Notes under the pieces: generated by a model | Seen by the model: the letters and a program-made list of their open reading frames with translations, nothing else | Databases searched by the model: none | Told to the model about the DNA's origin: nothing | Shown here: positions 9,818 to 21,671 of the stretch, piece by piece | Position numbering within the stretch: the first letter of the stretch is position 1 | Layout: the number at the start of each line of letters is the position of its first letter | Assembly (NCBI GenBank): GCA_001661245.1 | Contig: KV454016.1 | Location: 289,868-353,867 of the forward strand | Direction: 5' to 3' | DNA: 64,000 bases | DNA from: Pachysolen tannophilus NRRL Y-2460 | Lineage: Eukaryota | Made by a program: the position numbers and the translations under genes

Positions 9818-12364
9818 TTAAAAGTTATCTAATTCCAGCATGAGTTCCTTTTCCAACTCTTCGTCGTCTTCGCCGTCATCTCCATCATCTCCGTCGTGTT
9901 CATTGTCGCCATCAACACGATCATGAGCGCCATTGTTGCTGTCATCATTCTCGTCATTCTCGTCATTGTTGACCTTGTTGACAACGTTAATGTTGTTGAT
10001 TTTGGAATCTCCATTAACACTAGATGATCTTACTTTTTTTTCATCTTTTGCCTCGCTGTGATCGGTCTCATTTTCTTCGCCTTCTCTTTTTCTTTTCTTT
10101 ATATTTGGAATATCTTCAATTTCAGCTTCAGCTTCCTCATCCTCATCCGAAGAACTTATTAAATCCTTCATTTCAGCACCAAATTCACTCCAATCAATTC
10201 CGCCAATGAAATCAGTATCAGTATTTTGTAGTTGATCGGATTTAATATTTTCTGTTTTAACTGTTGGATTTTTCAGTAAATAATCATCAACTTCCTCTTT
10301 AGATAAAATACCATCAACTTCAACTAAATAATCATCTTCTGGAACTTGTTCCCATAAGGCAATACATTTAAACAACCAGTCTGGGTGAACTACTTTTACC
10401 TCTGGATTCAAAGTCTTTGCTAACCTTACTTTGAAAGTTCCTCCTGTTCGACAAATAATATGTGTCACCGAATCAATATAATTGGGTACAACACTTGCAC
10501 CAAATGATCTAGCCCATATTACAATATCTGCAGAATCTAATCTAGTTCCTAAAGGTAATATACCGCTGAATAAAAAAACACATTCATTGAAAACAAATTT
10601 TTTCATTTCAGTCATTATATCTTTGACATCAGGCGGCTGATTTTTATGAGCTTCAAACTCAAAATAAAATTCATTATGAACTCTAACTAAAGCTTGTAAT
10701 AAACTTTCCAACTCAGTATCATCATCGTATAATAAATTTCTACTATTATCCTGATCACCATTTATGTTAATTGCTTCAAATCCATTATTCTTATTTTCCG
10801 TGTTGTTATCTTTACCAACTTCTTGATCTTCATCATTGATAATACTAACATCACTACTATTACTAGTATTATTATTGTTATGAGCGCTAACACCACCACT
10901 GCTGCTACTATTGGTAGAAACCGTAGATTCTTTTGAATCCAATATTCTATCCAAATCATGTTGTAATTTTGCCAATGGTCTTTCATGTTGTTGTTGCTCT
11001 AAAGACGCACTACGTTCAGATGACTGCACTGCTAATAAATCAGCATTATCTTCTCCTCCACCCAATGCTAGTATTCTATCAACAGGTGAATTAGACGCTG
11101 TTGATAATATTGTGGAACCTTCATCATTTTCCGCATCACTTGAATCTCCGGCGTTTGTATCATCTTCAATTATTTCGTTATGTTCTGAATGTTCTCCAGC
11201 ACTATCGCTTTCACTATCATCGGAGATGGCTTCTTCATTTCCAATATTATTACTACTATATTGTTGTAATTCTTTTGCAGCATTTATTTTTTCTTCCAAA
11301 TCTGCAACTGATTTTCTTCTCTTTGAAGGTCCCAATAATGTATTTTGCCTTGGTAAAAAAGAAGAATTGATATCTCCAATTCCAACGAAAAAATCATATG
11401 GTATTACTTTGATCAAATTGGGGCTCCAATTCCAAACATCACCTCTATCATCAATAACTACAACCATTGATTGGTCAACTGGGAACAACCTTTTCAAAGA
11501 TTTTTGTGTAAGAGATCCACTTTCATCTCTTGATAATATTCTATCACTAAAATATTTACCATCAGGATCTATTATTTTGGCAATATTTTTAGCATATGCT
11601 CTTGTTGCCATTGTATATATGTGCATTTCATATCTTTCAGAAATTTTTTCTAAAAAATTTTTTAAACCAGGTCTTAATTTAACATAATACCAACATATAC
11701 TCGGAGGAGGTTTAGGTCCTGTATAACCTAATGGAAGTACAACTGATTCTTCTAATGCAAATTGTTGTACATCTTTAACAGCTTCATAATTAGGGTTACT
11801 AGGATCATTTTTCCATTCTCCAACCGTTGGATCCACTGTGGCATGAATTACCGTTTGATCCAAATCTACAACTAAAATTAATTTTTCTTCTTTTAATAAT
11901 CTTTTACTAGAAATTTGTTCCAATTTTTCAGCTTCATCCATTGAAACTTTTAAATTTGATGACCCACCATAAGACATGGTCACCTGCGCTCTATCCTGAT
12001 AATTATAACCCAAATAATCTATTTCTTCCAAATCTGCACCACATAAGGCACATAACCCACCATATTGAATAGAATGCTTACAAGGTTCCAAAATAGTTGC
12101 AATTTCTTGTTCTGAATGAATAATCTCATCTCCAGGTTGAACTTTCACCTCCTTGAGTTCTCCACTAACCGGTATTTCAAATGACCCACCAAATTCCTCT
12201 CTTACTTTTTTATCAGAGTCCTTAGGATCCTCTCTATACTCCCAATACTTATATTTTAATACAGTAGTATGTTTATCTATATGCTCATTTGGTTTCATCA
12301 ACACAGATACAACTACAACCGGAAATGGAACCGACTTAGGCAACTTTATACTTGTAGTAGACAT
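9818..12364 (-). CDS. FCP1: RNA polymerase II CTD phosphatase
   Basis: LVVDLDQTVIH (DxDxT), YVKLRPG, IDDRGDVW and a C-terminal BRCT domain (VHPDWL). Confidence 0.95.
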   Translation of the reverse strand: MSTTSIKLPKSVPFPVVVVSVLMKPNEHIDKHTTVLKYKYWEYREDPKDSDKKVREEFGGSFEIPVSGELKEVKVQPGDEIIHSEQEIATILEPCKHSIQYGGLCALCGADLEEIDYLGYNYQDRAQVTMSYGGSSNLKVSMDEAEKLEQISSKRLLKEEKLILVVDLDQTVIHATVDPTVGEWKNDPSNPNYEAVKDVQQFALEESVVLPLGYTGPKPPPSICWYYVKLRPGLKNFLEKISERYEMHIYTMATRAYAKNIAKIIDPDGKYFSDRILSRDESGSLTQKSLKRLFPVDQSMVVVIDDRGDVWNWSPNLIKVIPYDFFVGIGDINSSFLPRQNTLLGPSKRRKSVADLEEKINAAKELQQYSSNNIGNEEAISDDSESDSAGEHSEHNEIIEDDTNAGDSSDAENDEGSTILSTASNSPVDRILALGGGEDNADLLAVQSSERSASLEQQQHERPLAKLQHDLDRILDSKESTVSTNSSSSGGVSAHNNNNTSNSSDVSIINDEDQEVGKDNNTENKNNGFEAININGDQDNSRNLLYDDDTELESLLQALVRVHNEFYFEFEAHKNQPPDVKDIMTEMKKFVFNECVFLFSGILPLGTRLDSADIVIWARSFGASVVPNYIDSVTHIICRTGGTFKVRLAKTLNPEVKVVHPDWLFKCIALWEQVPEDDYLVEVDGILSKEEVDDYLLKNPTVKTENIKSDQLQNTDTDFIGGIDWSEFGAEMKDLISSSDEDEEAEAEIEDIPNIKKRKREGEENETDHSEAKDEKKVRSSSVNGDSKINNINVVNKVNNDENDENDDSNNGAHDRVDGDNEHDGDDGDDGEDDEELEKELMLELDNF

Positions 12365-12435
12365 TATCTATTTCTGCTCATGTAACAATTTCACTGATGC
12401 TACCTCAAACAAAAGATATGAATATTCAATCTATC

Positions 12436-12472
<37 letters not shown>

Positions 12473-12952
12473 CAGTATTATTTATCATTATATTTTATTA
12501 TTTAGCAATTCGATAGAAAGACATCACTTCAAGGTTGAGTCGTTCGGACACGACCGTTTTTAAGGTCACCATTTTTCCAACCATCATCATCAACGGTAAG
12601 AAGTGATAAATAACAGAGCTATTGGGTGCCATTGATAGTAGCAAAAAGTATAGAAAGATAGAGGAGATGAATATGTATTGTCTACAGTTAATTATTTTAT
12701 CCGTAGTAGTTTTGTAAAAAATGATACAAGCTTGAGAAGTAAAAATAAAAAAATACTTGAAAGAAAAGAAACGTAGTTTGAGCTTGTTGCAAGAAAAATA
12801 ACAATAGATAATAAAAAAACACACTTAAAAAAAGAAATAAAAGACCCTTCCATTAGTTCTTATTAGAGTTTATGGATAACCTAAAAAAAAAAAAATTAAC
12901 AAAAAAAAACAGAAAAAAAAAAGGAAAATTAAAAAAACCAATCAAGTCTAAG

Positions 12953-14293
12953 TTAACGGCCATTGGAATAACAGTACTCTTTGAACTCTTCCTCCGAGGG
13001 CATATTAAACTGAAGCCATCTAAAATTCTTATTGCCATTCCCTGCGCAGTAATGTTCGAGAAATTTCAAGCCCAACTCTTTGTCTTCGAGTTTTTCTAAA
13101 AACTTATAAAAATTTAATCTATTGGTATACTGTTTGGAAATTGTATGGTTTGCGCCTCCTCTCCATCTTGTCTTGTATTTTTGTTCCAATTGCCTCACTG
13201 AAGGTTGTCCATTCAAGCCGACTTCATATTCCAGCCATGCTTCTGCAATACTAATTTTTGAAGGTTGGGATAAGATATATAGTGGTTCTTGGTCTTTATA
13301 ATTTTTCTTTTTTTTCAAAACTGGTTCATCTTCCGTTGAAGTAGGTTCGGAAGACTGCCTTCTTGCTCTTTGCATTAGGTGGTGTTGCTGCTGCACTTGC
13401 TGGTGTTGTTGCAGTTGTTGTTGTTGTTGTTGTTGCTGATGTGGTTTATTAGAAGATGGTGGATTTGAAAGTTGTTGAACCATTGGAGAGCCATCGACGC
13501 TATTAGAAGTTACAGGTCTTATCTGTTGGTGTTGTTGGTGTTGATTTTGTTGATGCTGGTGCTGTTTTTGTCTTTTTCGAGAAGTAGCAGCTGCAGCTGC
13601 CACTGTTGGGATATCGGAAACATTAGGAGCAGTTGGAGTAGCCGTGTTAGTGGTAGGAATACTATAACCCCTATTTGATGTCGGAATGTGATTTTGACCA
13701 CTATTAGTCCTATTTACATGAACACCATTTCCCGACAAACCTCCAACATTGTTATTATTGTTATTGTTATTACTATTACTATTGCTGTTGTTGCTGCTGC
13801 CACCACTACCACCACTACCACTACCATTTCCACCGCTATTACTGTTGTTGTTACTGCCATCATTATCAAGAGCAGAGCCATCAAGGTATAAGTTATCATT
13901 CAAGACATTTGAATCCACTAAATTAGCAAAACCAACCAATTTCCTGAATTCATCATTTCTCTTCTGTCTTTCATTTTCATTCAACCCTGGAGAACTATTA
14001 TTCAAAGAACTCAAAGTATACAAGTTGATCTTATTTGTGATTTCAATTTGCTTTGATAGCTTGTGTATACTATCACCTATCGATTTAAAACCTTCCTTTA
14101 ACGTGGTGGTCAATAAATCAAAATTTGTACTTTGCTGTGTAGTATTATAATGCGTATAACTAGTCAAACTTCTTAAATTATTATTTAAAATCGATATATT
14201 CTGATTCAATGAATCTATATTCAACTGCTGCTGGAATTGAGTAGCAGTATTCGGATTACTGGGTGCAGGATCTTGTCTATAATTTGGAAACAT
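12953..14293 (-). CDS. GCR1_C-domain transcription factor (Msn1/Hot1/Gcr1-like)
   Basis: C-terminal WLEYEVGLNGQPSVRQLEQKYKTRWR matches the GCR1_C domain; Asn/Gln-rich middle region. Confidence 0.8.
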   Translation of the reverse strand: MFPNYRQDPAPSNPNTATQFQQQLNIDSLNQNISILNNNLRSLTSYTHYNTTQQSTNFDLLTTTLKEGFKSIGDSIHKLSKQIEITNKINLYTLSSLNNSSPGLNENERQKRNDEFRKLVGFANLVDSNVLNDNLYLDGSALDNDGSNNNSNSGGNGSGSGGSGGSSNNSNSNSNNNNNNNNVGGLSGNGVHVNRTNSGQNHIPTSNRGYSIPTTNTATPTAPNVSDIPTVAAAAATSRKRQKQHQHQQNQHQQHQQIRPVTSNSVDGSPMVQQLSNPPSSNKPHQQQQQQQQLQQHQQVQQQHHLMQRARRQSSEPTSTEDEPVLKKKKNYKDQEPLYILSQPSKISIAEAWLEYEVGLNGQPSVRQLEQKYKTRWRGGANHTISKQYTNRLNFYKFLEKLEDKELGLKFLEHYCAGNGNKNFRWLQFNMPSEEEFKEYCYSNGR

Positions 14294-14780
14294 GTCTTAA
14301 TAATATATTATCAATCAATATCTTTTAATTCAAATCTTCACTTTCAAACTACAAAACCAAAAAACAAAAAAGAAAAAAAACAAAAGAACGACCAACAATC
14401 CTCTTATGCTGATGGCGCCTACCCCGTCTTCTAATGATATCCAATCTATCTTCTAGTTAAAAAGAATTTATTGATAACAAATTGTTTTGTTTATTCAAAT
14501 CGGAAAATAAAATTCTTGTTCTGAAATTTCATCAAAAAAATTTTCTCAGAAAGAACGTTCTTTTAGGCGAGTTGAAATACTACCGAAGTTGATGATGATG
14601 AAGATGAAATTAAACATTAATAAGCACAAAGCAGTTAATACAAGATGATTCTCAAGAAATTAGTGGAAGAAAGAGAAATAGGAAGAGTAGAAACAATAAT
14701 CCAATGCCAATTAAATCCCAATTCTTTTATAGGGGAAAGGCCACCAAAAAAGAAAAAGAACATAAACACAAGAAACGCAC

Positions 14781-14811
<31 letters not shown>

Positions 14812-14872
14812 AAATAACTTTATAACCTTACTAGAACTAGGTAACTAACTAATCTCTGGTGGTTGTCTTTCT

Positions 14873-16156
14873 TTAGATATCTCCACTTAATAAAACTTCA
14901 ACTGCACCTTGAACCGAACCACCGCTTCTTCTTAAAGCTCTAACGTTTCTATCGAAATCGCTGAACCCCATATCATTCAACTGACGCAACTGTGTTTCGT
15001 ATCTTTCTTCTGGGGGTCTGTTATCTGTTTCAACAGGAGCTGAGCCTGCCGCGCCAGCTCCACTTCCTAAGAGCATACCCATCAACTCCGGATTTAAAAA
15101 AGGGTTAGCATCTGCTGAACCAGAACCAGCACCAGAACCAGCACCTCCAGCACCAAAGTTTCCACCGGCAAGCAAACTGGCAAACGGGTTAGCTTGCGCA
15201 GAAGGCGTACCGTTAGGGAACAATGCTGCAAATGGGTTGGCTGCTGCTGCTGCCGATGATGCTGATGCTGATGATGCTTGCCCCAGAAGCGGAGAGTTGG
15301 TGTTGTTGGCCGAACCTTCTCTACTCTCGTTGGAATTTGAGTCGGTATTCGCATTAGCACCTGTTGGACCTGGAGCAGGGAATGGTGTGGTAGATCCTCC
15401 GCTTCCTCCAAGACCTCCTCCTAACCCGCCTAGGGTACGATTCATTTGCATCATTTGTCTCATCATTTGAGGGTTTGTCAACATTTGTCTCATGTAATCA
15501 CTTTGTAACATCTCTCTGGCCATTGGACCCATCGACCTCAACTGCGGAGACTGCTGTATCAAAAAATCCAACATCTGAGGATCAGATAGCATCTGTTGCA
15601 TTGCAGCTTGCATTCCTGGACTTTCCAACATTTCAGATAATTGATTTTCATCTGGTAATGAATCCATACCACCATCCGCACCAAACATCGACAGTGAAGG
15701 CATCGGAACATTATAACCAGCATACCTAGCACCTGTTAACCCAGCTAAGGGATTAAAAGCACCAGTACCCGCAGCAATATTTGAAGGAGCAGATGTAGAT
15801 GAATCTGTATTGCCTGATGATTGCAGTCCAGCTGTTCTCGATCCTGTATTAGTACCCGATAAAGATGAACTTGTCCCAGCACCAGAGCCAGCACCAGAAC
15901 CAGAACCAGTACCAGCACTCTTAACAAGATGAATCGTATGCCCAGACTGGATCTTATAACTAGCTACCGTATCTGCATCTTTCAAAACTCTACCTGAATA
16001 TATTAATCTCTGTCTATCAGTTGGAACATCTGCTTCATGTGAAATTTTTTCCTTAAGCTCTGCAATGGTAAGAGACGGCAACACCGTTAACGAATACTTC
16101 TTATCACCAGATGACTTGATTGTAATCGTGATCTCTTCATTCGTTTGATCGGCCAT
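14873..16156 (-). CDS. DSK2: Ubiquilin-like UBL-STI1-UBA proteasome shuttle
   Basis: N-terminal UBL (QRLIYSGRVLKD), Met/Gln-rich STI1 region, C-terminal UBA (PPEERYETQLRQLNDMGF...GGSVQGAV). Confidence 0.96.
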   Translation of the reverse strand: MADQTNEEITITIKSSGDKKYSLTVLPSLTIAELKEKISHEADVPTDRQRLIYSGRVLKDADTVASYKIQSGHTIHLVKSAGTGSGSGAGSGAGTSSSLSGTNTGSRTAGLQSSGNTDSSTSAPSNIAAGTGAFNPLAGLTGARYAGYNVPMPSLSMFGADGGMDSLPDENQLSEMLESPGMQAAMQQMLSDPQMLDFLIQQSPQLRSMGPMAREMLQSDYMRQMLTNPQMMRQMMQMNRTLGGLGGGLGGSGGSTTPFPAPGPTGANANTDSNSNESREGSANNTNSPLLGQASSASASSAAAAANPFAALFPNGTPSAQANPFASLLAGGNFGAGGAGSGAGSGSADANPFLNPELMGMLLGSGAGAAGSAPVETDNRPPEERYETQLRQLNDMGFSDFDRNVRALRRSGGSVQGAVEVLLSGDI

Positions 16157-16603
16157 ATTTCCTGATTATCAATATCTTTCTTTTCTTCTACTTCTTCTTC
16201 AATAAAAATAGAAAAGCAAAAGTTGAAAAAGTTGAAAAGTTGAAAAAAAAAAATTTTTTTTTATTTTCTTTCAAACAGAATTAATTAGAAAAATCCAAGA
16301 AATACACAATTCTGTTGAACAAATCAAACAATTATTTATTGAAATAGATTTTAATATCTTTATTGCTCTTTTTTAAAGACCTTTCTTTATCTATTCCTTC
16401 TGTTGATTATCACCAAATAACAATCAACGATTTTTTTACAAAAAATAAGGAAAAAAAGACGCTCAAGCTTTTACGTGTCAACAGAATGGAAGATTCTGGT
16501 GCAAATGGTTTTACAAAATGGTTAACTAATTGATTGATTGATTGATTGATAAGATTATATATATACAAAAAGAAAAGAAAGAAAAAAACAAAAATTGATA
16601 AAG

Positions 16604-19030
16604 TTAAAGATCACTAGCATTACCTATGATTTCCATTGCTTGGGAATCACCTCTTTTTAATCTAGGATCATCCAAAGCTTCTGAAAGTAGTTCCCAAGGG
16701 TTTTTAGAACCACCCCATTTTAATACATTATTTTTAAATTTTTCACCATTTTCTCTTGATAATGGGTCTTTTTCAAAAAGATGTTGCCAAATTTTTGATG
16801 CGATTGCTCTATCGAATAAATATGAATAATAGAAGGATCCATAAGAAAATAAATGACCAAATTTTCCTGGCCAATTTGATTCTAAATCAGCAAAAACTTT
16901 TAATTTTTTTTCTAATTGATGATATATATCAACACTATTAAAATTTTTATCAAATACAATATTTGAATGTAAGATTTGATCTAATAATGCCATTTTAATT
17001 TGTCCAAAAATTTCATAATTTTTTAAAAAATTACTATCTTGTTGATAACTTTCTAATAATTTTAAAGGTAATTTTTCATTTGTTTCATGATGTCTTGCAA
17101 AACTAGTTAATACTCTTGGATCTCTTGCAAAATGTTCCATTAAGATTGATGGTAATTCAACAAAATCAGTAGCACAACGGGTTCCACTGACATTATGTAA
17201 ATTTGTTCTACCCAACATTGAATGCATTGCATGACCCATTTCATGGAAAAGTGTTTCAACTTGATATAACGATAATAATGTTTTTCTTGTTGATTGATCT
17301 GGTGCAAAACAACAAACTAATGAAATAACTGGTAATTGAACTAATTCTCCCATACTTGTCTTATTTGTATGAATTGTTTTCAATTTTAAATTATAAACAT
17401 CATTTTTATTTAATTCTTCAGGATATATTTTTCTTGAACAACAAACGGTGAAATGTGCAGGATTTGAAGTCTTATTTGGTCTATAAAATAAATCAAGATA
17501 TATTATACCAATAAGACCTTCATTTTCAGATACAACATTAAATTTTCTAACATCAGGACTCCAACATTCACCTTCTTCAGTCTTTGCAGGAACTAATGAA
17601 ATTCCATAAATTGATTTAAATAAATTGGATAATCCTTGTACTACAGTTCCAACAGAGAAAAATGAAGAAATATCCAGAGTATTTGTTGATTTTTTTTTCA
17701 TCATATGTAATGTAGTTAAATAATCTCTATCCCAAGGTTTTACTGATGAAATAATTTCTTCATCTGATGCACTTGGATTTGAATTTTTTTGATATTTATA
17801 TAAAATTTTAATTTCTTTCAAGACATCATCATGAATTTGTTTTAATAATTTTTGTAAAAAAGACATTACATTATCAGGAGTCTTTGCCATTTTTTCTTCT
17901 AATTGATAATGTGAATAACTTGGTTGTTTTAATAAATGTGCCAATACTCCTCTATATTTAATAAAAGATTCTAATAATTGAATTTGTTCATCTGGTGTTT
18001 GATGTAAAGTTAACCATATTTTTTTCCTTACTTCTTCATTTTTTGAAGTTCTTAATATATCAAATGGTATTCTACCATAAGTTGAAATTTTATAATAACC
18101 TTTTGAATTTTTTTTCAATAAATCTTTAAAAGAAGGATCAAGATCTGATAATTGTTCTTCTTTAACCAAAATATGATCTTTACCACTATTACTTACACCA
18201 TTAATGAAATGTTGCCCCACTAATGATATATGTTGACTTAATTCTACAAAATTTGCCTTTGTTTGTTCATCCATATTAATTCCTGATTTTAAAAAATCGG
18301 TTAATAATAAATTACCAACAGAAAGTTCTTCTTGTGATAATTTTTTATAAATTTCTGGAGTTTTCAATACATGATCTAATTTTTCATAAAGTGAAGAACA
18401 AGTATTTAAAACATTCATATATTGATATAATTCTTCATGACATTCTTGAGCAGCATTTACAAAACTTTTGTTTGGATGAACAAATCTAACAAATTCCAGT
18501 AAATCTATAGCTCTACATAAAATATCACTCAATCTATCCAAATTTCTAATAAAACTTTGATAACCTTCAGGAGAATTATCATTGATAATATGATCAACCA
18601 ATAATTTGGCTTTTTCCAATGATTCAAATGCATATTCTTTTAAACCTTTTGGAGTTTTCAAATATGGATTTTGAAACAAACCAGATGAATTTGCAGATGC
18701 ATTAAAATTGAAAAATGAAGCAGATTTAGTTGAAGATTCATTAAATTTATGCCAAAAAGTTTCATCATCAAAAACTTTCCTAAGAACTTGATCTTGATTA
18801 TCCAACAGATTCTTTAATAACAGCAGTCTAGAATCTTCACCATTATTCTCAGACTTAATAGGCGGTGGAGCATTCGAACTCAGCGGCTTGATATCCAAAT
18901 GACTACTCAAAGACTTTGGCCCCGTCAAAACATACCTTCTCGGTATATATATTATATTCGATTTATAATGATGATTCAAAGTAGAAGCAGAAACCCATTT
19001 CCTAAAAATATGCGATTTTTTCAAAAACAT
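16604..19030 (-). CDS. OCT1: Mitochondrial intermediate peptidase (M3 family)
   Basis: TLFHEMGHAMH (HExxH), GTRCATDFVELPS, FGHLFSYG; basic presequence-like N-terminus. Confidence 0.95.
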   Translation of the reverse strand: MFLKKSHIFRKWVSASTLNHHYKSNIIYIPRRYVLTGPKSLSSHLDIKPLSSNAPPPIKSENNGEDSRLLLLKNLLDNQDQVLRKVFDDETFWHKFNESSTKSASFFNFNASANSSGLFQNPYLKTPKGLKEYAFESLEKAKLLVDHIINDNSPEGYQSFIRNLDRLSDILCRAIDLLEFVRFVHPNKSFVNAAQECHEELYQYMNVLNTCSSLYEKLDHVLKTPEIYKKLSQEELSVGNLLLTDFLKSGINMDEQTKANFVELSQHISLVGQHFINGVSNSGKDHILVKEEQLSDLDPSFKDLLKKNSKGYYKISTYGRIPFDILRTSKNEEVRKKIWLTLHQTPDEQIQLLESFIKYRGVLAHLLKQPSYSHYQLEEKMAKTPDNVMSFLQKLLKQIHDDVLKEIKILYKYQKNSNPSASDEEIISSVKPWDRDYLTTLHMMKKKSTNTLDISSFFSVGTVVQGLSNLFKSIYGISLVPAKTEEGECWSPDVRKFNVVSENEGLIGIIYLDLFYRPNKTSNPAHFTVCCSRKIYPEELNKNDVYNLKLKTIHTNKTSMGELVQLPVISLVCCFAPDQSTRKTLLSLYQVETLFHEMGHAMHSMLGRTNLHNVSGTRCATDFVELPSILMEHFARDPRVLTSFARHHETNEKLPLKLLESYQQDSNFLKNYEIFGQIKMALLDQILHSNIVFDKNFNSVDIYHQLEKKLKVFADLESNWPGKFGHLFSYGSFYYSYLFDRAIASKIWQHLFEKDPLSRENGEKFKNNVLKWGGSKNPWELLSEALDDPRLKRGDSQAMEIIGNASDL

Positions 19031-19775
19031 GCTAAACTAAAACCGTAAATGCAAAAAAAAAAAAACAATAAATAAAAAAAAATCCCTCACTAACCTATTA
19101 TCAATATATCCATATATATATATAGATATACCGATGAATAAATAAAAAAACCCAATATATATATATATATATTTTATAGTTATATAATTATATATTGTGA
19201 TAACTCTCTGCTCATTATTACCCTTCATGGATATTTTAACTGACTGACTCTTAATAATTACTAGCTAACGATTGGTAATTTAATACACTACTTTTTGCAT
19301 TGCGAAAAAAAAGCAAAAAAAGAAAAATTACTTGATTCGTCATTTTGTGTTTTAAACACTACTTAAGTAATTTTGTTTCGTGAAAAAAAAAAATTTTACA
19401 TTTATGGAAGTAGTGCTTTTGGTATCAAAAAAAGAAAAAAAATTAATAATATCATATCAGAGGCTGTTGAAATTAGTTGATTTTTTCTTTATTTTTCAAG
19501 GGCTGTTAAAATGGCGCCTCAGTTTTGAATTTATGCACCTTTTATTGCATAATCTCTGCTTGTATGCATGTAAAAACTATGAAAGGTAGCAATGATATAG
19601 CTATATTATTGCTGTTTCTTTCTCATAATTTTTCATATTGTTGGTCCAAGATCCCACCCAACCAAGACTTATTTCTTGTGTTAGAGTAGTGTGTATTGCT
19701 GAGGTTGGTGGAGGGAGGGGAGGAAAAGGGGGTTGGTTTCTTTAGGTTTTTTTTAAGAAAAAAGTTCTTTTTTGT

Positions 19776-19785
19776 GCCACAGTCT
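19776..19785 (-). promoter_or_regulatory. Met31/Met32-like site (AGACTGTGGC) upstream of JLP1
   Basis: GCCACAGTCT on the + strand, about 200 bp upstream of the ATG of a sulfur-scavenging gene. Confidence 0.5.
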
Positions 19786-19979
19786 AAGGTTTTTCTAAGA
19801 AATAAGTTGTACTTATTTAATTAATTTGTGTGGTTCTCAATTATGTATTTTTGTATTTTTGTTCGATATCCGATTTTATAGATAGAATAAGTAGGGGAAG
19901 TGGTAAAGAAAATGAAGTTATCAATTAATAATATTAATTATATTGTATTTTCTTTTTTTAAAATTAAGTATTAAACAAT

Positions 19980-21218
19980 ATGTCGCAAACAACTTATGAG
20001 ACTCAAAATTCTGTTCAAGAAGAACAATTGAAAGAGATTATTCGTAATACAGGTACTTTGAACGTTCGTGTAGGTACTAAAGAAAAATTGGTTAATGGTC
20101 CAGATCCTGCTGGTTTAAAAATTTTACCAGAAGCTGCTCGTAAAAGATTTGAAGAATCTGGTGTGGACGTTTCAAAAGGTTATCCAGAAAGACCAGATAA
20201 ATCAAAAGTTCCAGTTTATGTCGATGAAGCTTTTGCTGTAAGAAATGAAGATTTCCCTTATATTGAAAGAGGCAAATATGCTGATCCAGAGAAAAAACTG
20301 CTTTTTGCTGCTGCTAAAGAAGTTAAAGATTTAACAAAACATATCGGAACAGAAATTGTTGGTTTACAATTGGCTGAATTAAATGAAAAACAAAAAGATG
20401 AATTGGCTTTATTAGTTGCTCAAAGAGTGGTTGTATTTTTCAGAGATCAAAAACTTTCTCCACAAAAACAATTGGAATTGGGTGGTTATTGGGGACAAGT
20501 TGAAAAACATCCTCAAGCTCTCAGAGTTCCAGGTTTACCAGGTGTTTCTGTCATATGGAATGACTATAGAAGAAATGTTGGTCTACCTTTAACTTTTAAA
20601 AGAAGTAGTATTGGTAATACATCTTGGCATACAGATTTAGTTCATGAACACCAACCTGCAGGTATCACCCATTTACATAATGATACAATTCCTAAAGTTG
20701 GTGGTGATACCTGTTGGGTATCAGGTTATGGTGCTTACGATAAGTTATCTCCAGCTTTCCAAAAATTCTTGGATGGGAAAGAAGCTGTATATTGTTCTGC
20801 ACACGGTTATTTAGATAGAAATGATCCTTTTAGTGGACCTAAAAAAGTTGAAAGAATACACCCTTTAGTAAGAACTCATCCAGCAACTGGTTGGAAATCC
20901 TTATTTGTCAATAGATCAATGACAAAAAGAATTGTTGGATTAGAACCTGCAGAATCAGATTTGATATTAAATTATTTATTCGAAGTTTATGAAAAAAATT
21001 TGGATATTCAAGTTAGATTTAAATGGGAACCAAGCAATAAAGAAGGTTACGGAACTTCTGCAATTTGGGATAATAGAATTTCTCAACACAGAGCAGTCTG
21101 GGATCATGAAGGTAAAGAACCTAGACATGGTACTAGAGTTACTTCTTTAGCTGAAAAACCGTATTTTGATCCAAATTCAAAATCTCAACGTGAAAGTCTA
21201 GGTTTATCATTGGACTAA
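19980..21218 (+). CDS. JLP1: Alpha-ketoglutarate-dependent sulfonate dioxygenase (TauD family)
   Basis: WHTD (HxD), GGDT, HPLVRTHPATGWKSLFVN and WDNR..QH motifs. Confidence 0.9.
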   Translation: MSQTTYETQNSVQEEQLKEIIRNTGTLNVRVGTKEKLVNGPDPAGLKILPEAARKRFEESGVDVSKGYPERPDKSKVPVYVDEAFAVRNEDFPYIERGKYADPEKKLLFAAAKEVKDLTKHIGTEIVGLQLAELNEKQKDELALLVAQRVVVFFRDQKLSPQKQLELGGYWGQVEKHPQALRVPGLPGVSVIWNDYRRNVGLPLTFKRSSIGNTSWHTDLVHEHQPAGITHLHNDTIPKVGGDTCWVSGYGAYDKLSPAFQKFLDGKEAVYCSAHGYLDRNDPFSGPKKVERIHPLVRTHPATGWKSLFVNRSMTKRIVGLEPAESDLILNYLFEVYEKNLDIQVRFKWEPSNKEGYGTSAIWDNRISQHRAVWDHEGKEPRHGTRVTSLAEKPYFDPNSKSQRESLGLSLD

Positions 21219-21671
21219 ATAGCTTTCTTTTTTTTTTTTTTCTTGATATTTTTTTGACTCAATGTTTATCATCTATTCTATGGAGTTTTTCACAGAATTG
21301 AAATTTAATCTATATCGTAGAAAGACTATTTTCAATGTTTTCTACAACATGGAAGATAAAAGGTAAAAAGCTTTTAAAAGTACATTATGAGTTATAGATA
21401 CGATATTATAATGGAACACCTTTTGCTTTTTTTTTTCTTTTTCTTTTTTTTATTTTGTTTTTTTTTTTCGTTTTTTGTAACTTTTTTTTTTTTTTTTTGT
21501 CTTTTTTGCGTTTTCACAACAAAGAAAATTATTTACTTAATTGTGGTTACAATACGAATAGTGATTTTTTATACTAATGAGTTTCTGTATGAATAAACTT
21601 TCAATTGAAAGAAATTCCAAGATAACTTATGAAACTGCACTTGTCCAGATTTTCAATCTAAATCATGTAGT

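Noticed and set aside
12538..12556. Small hairpin GTCGT-TCGGAC-ACGAC upstream of FCP1
   Set aside because: The stem is only 5 bp and there are no supporting ncRNA boxes.
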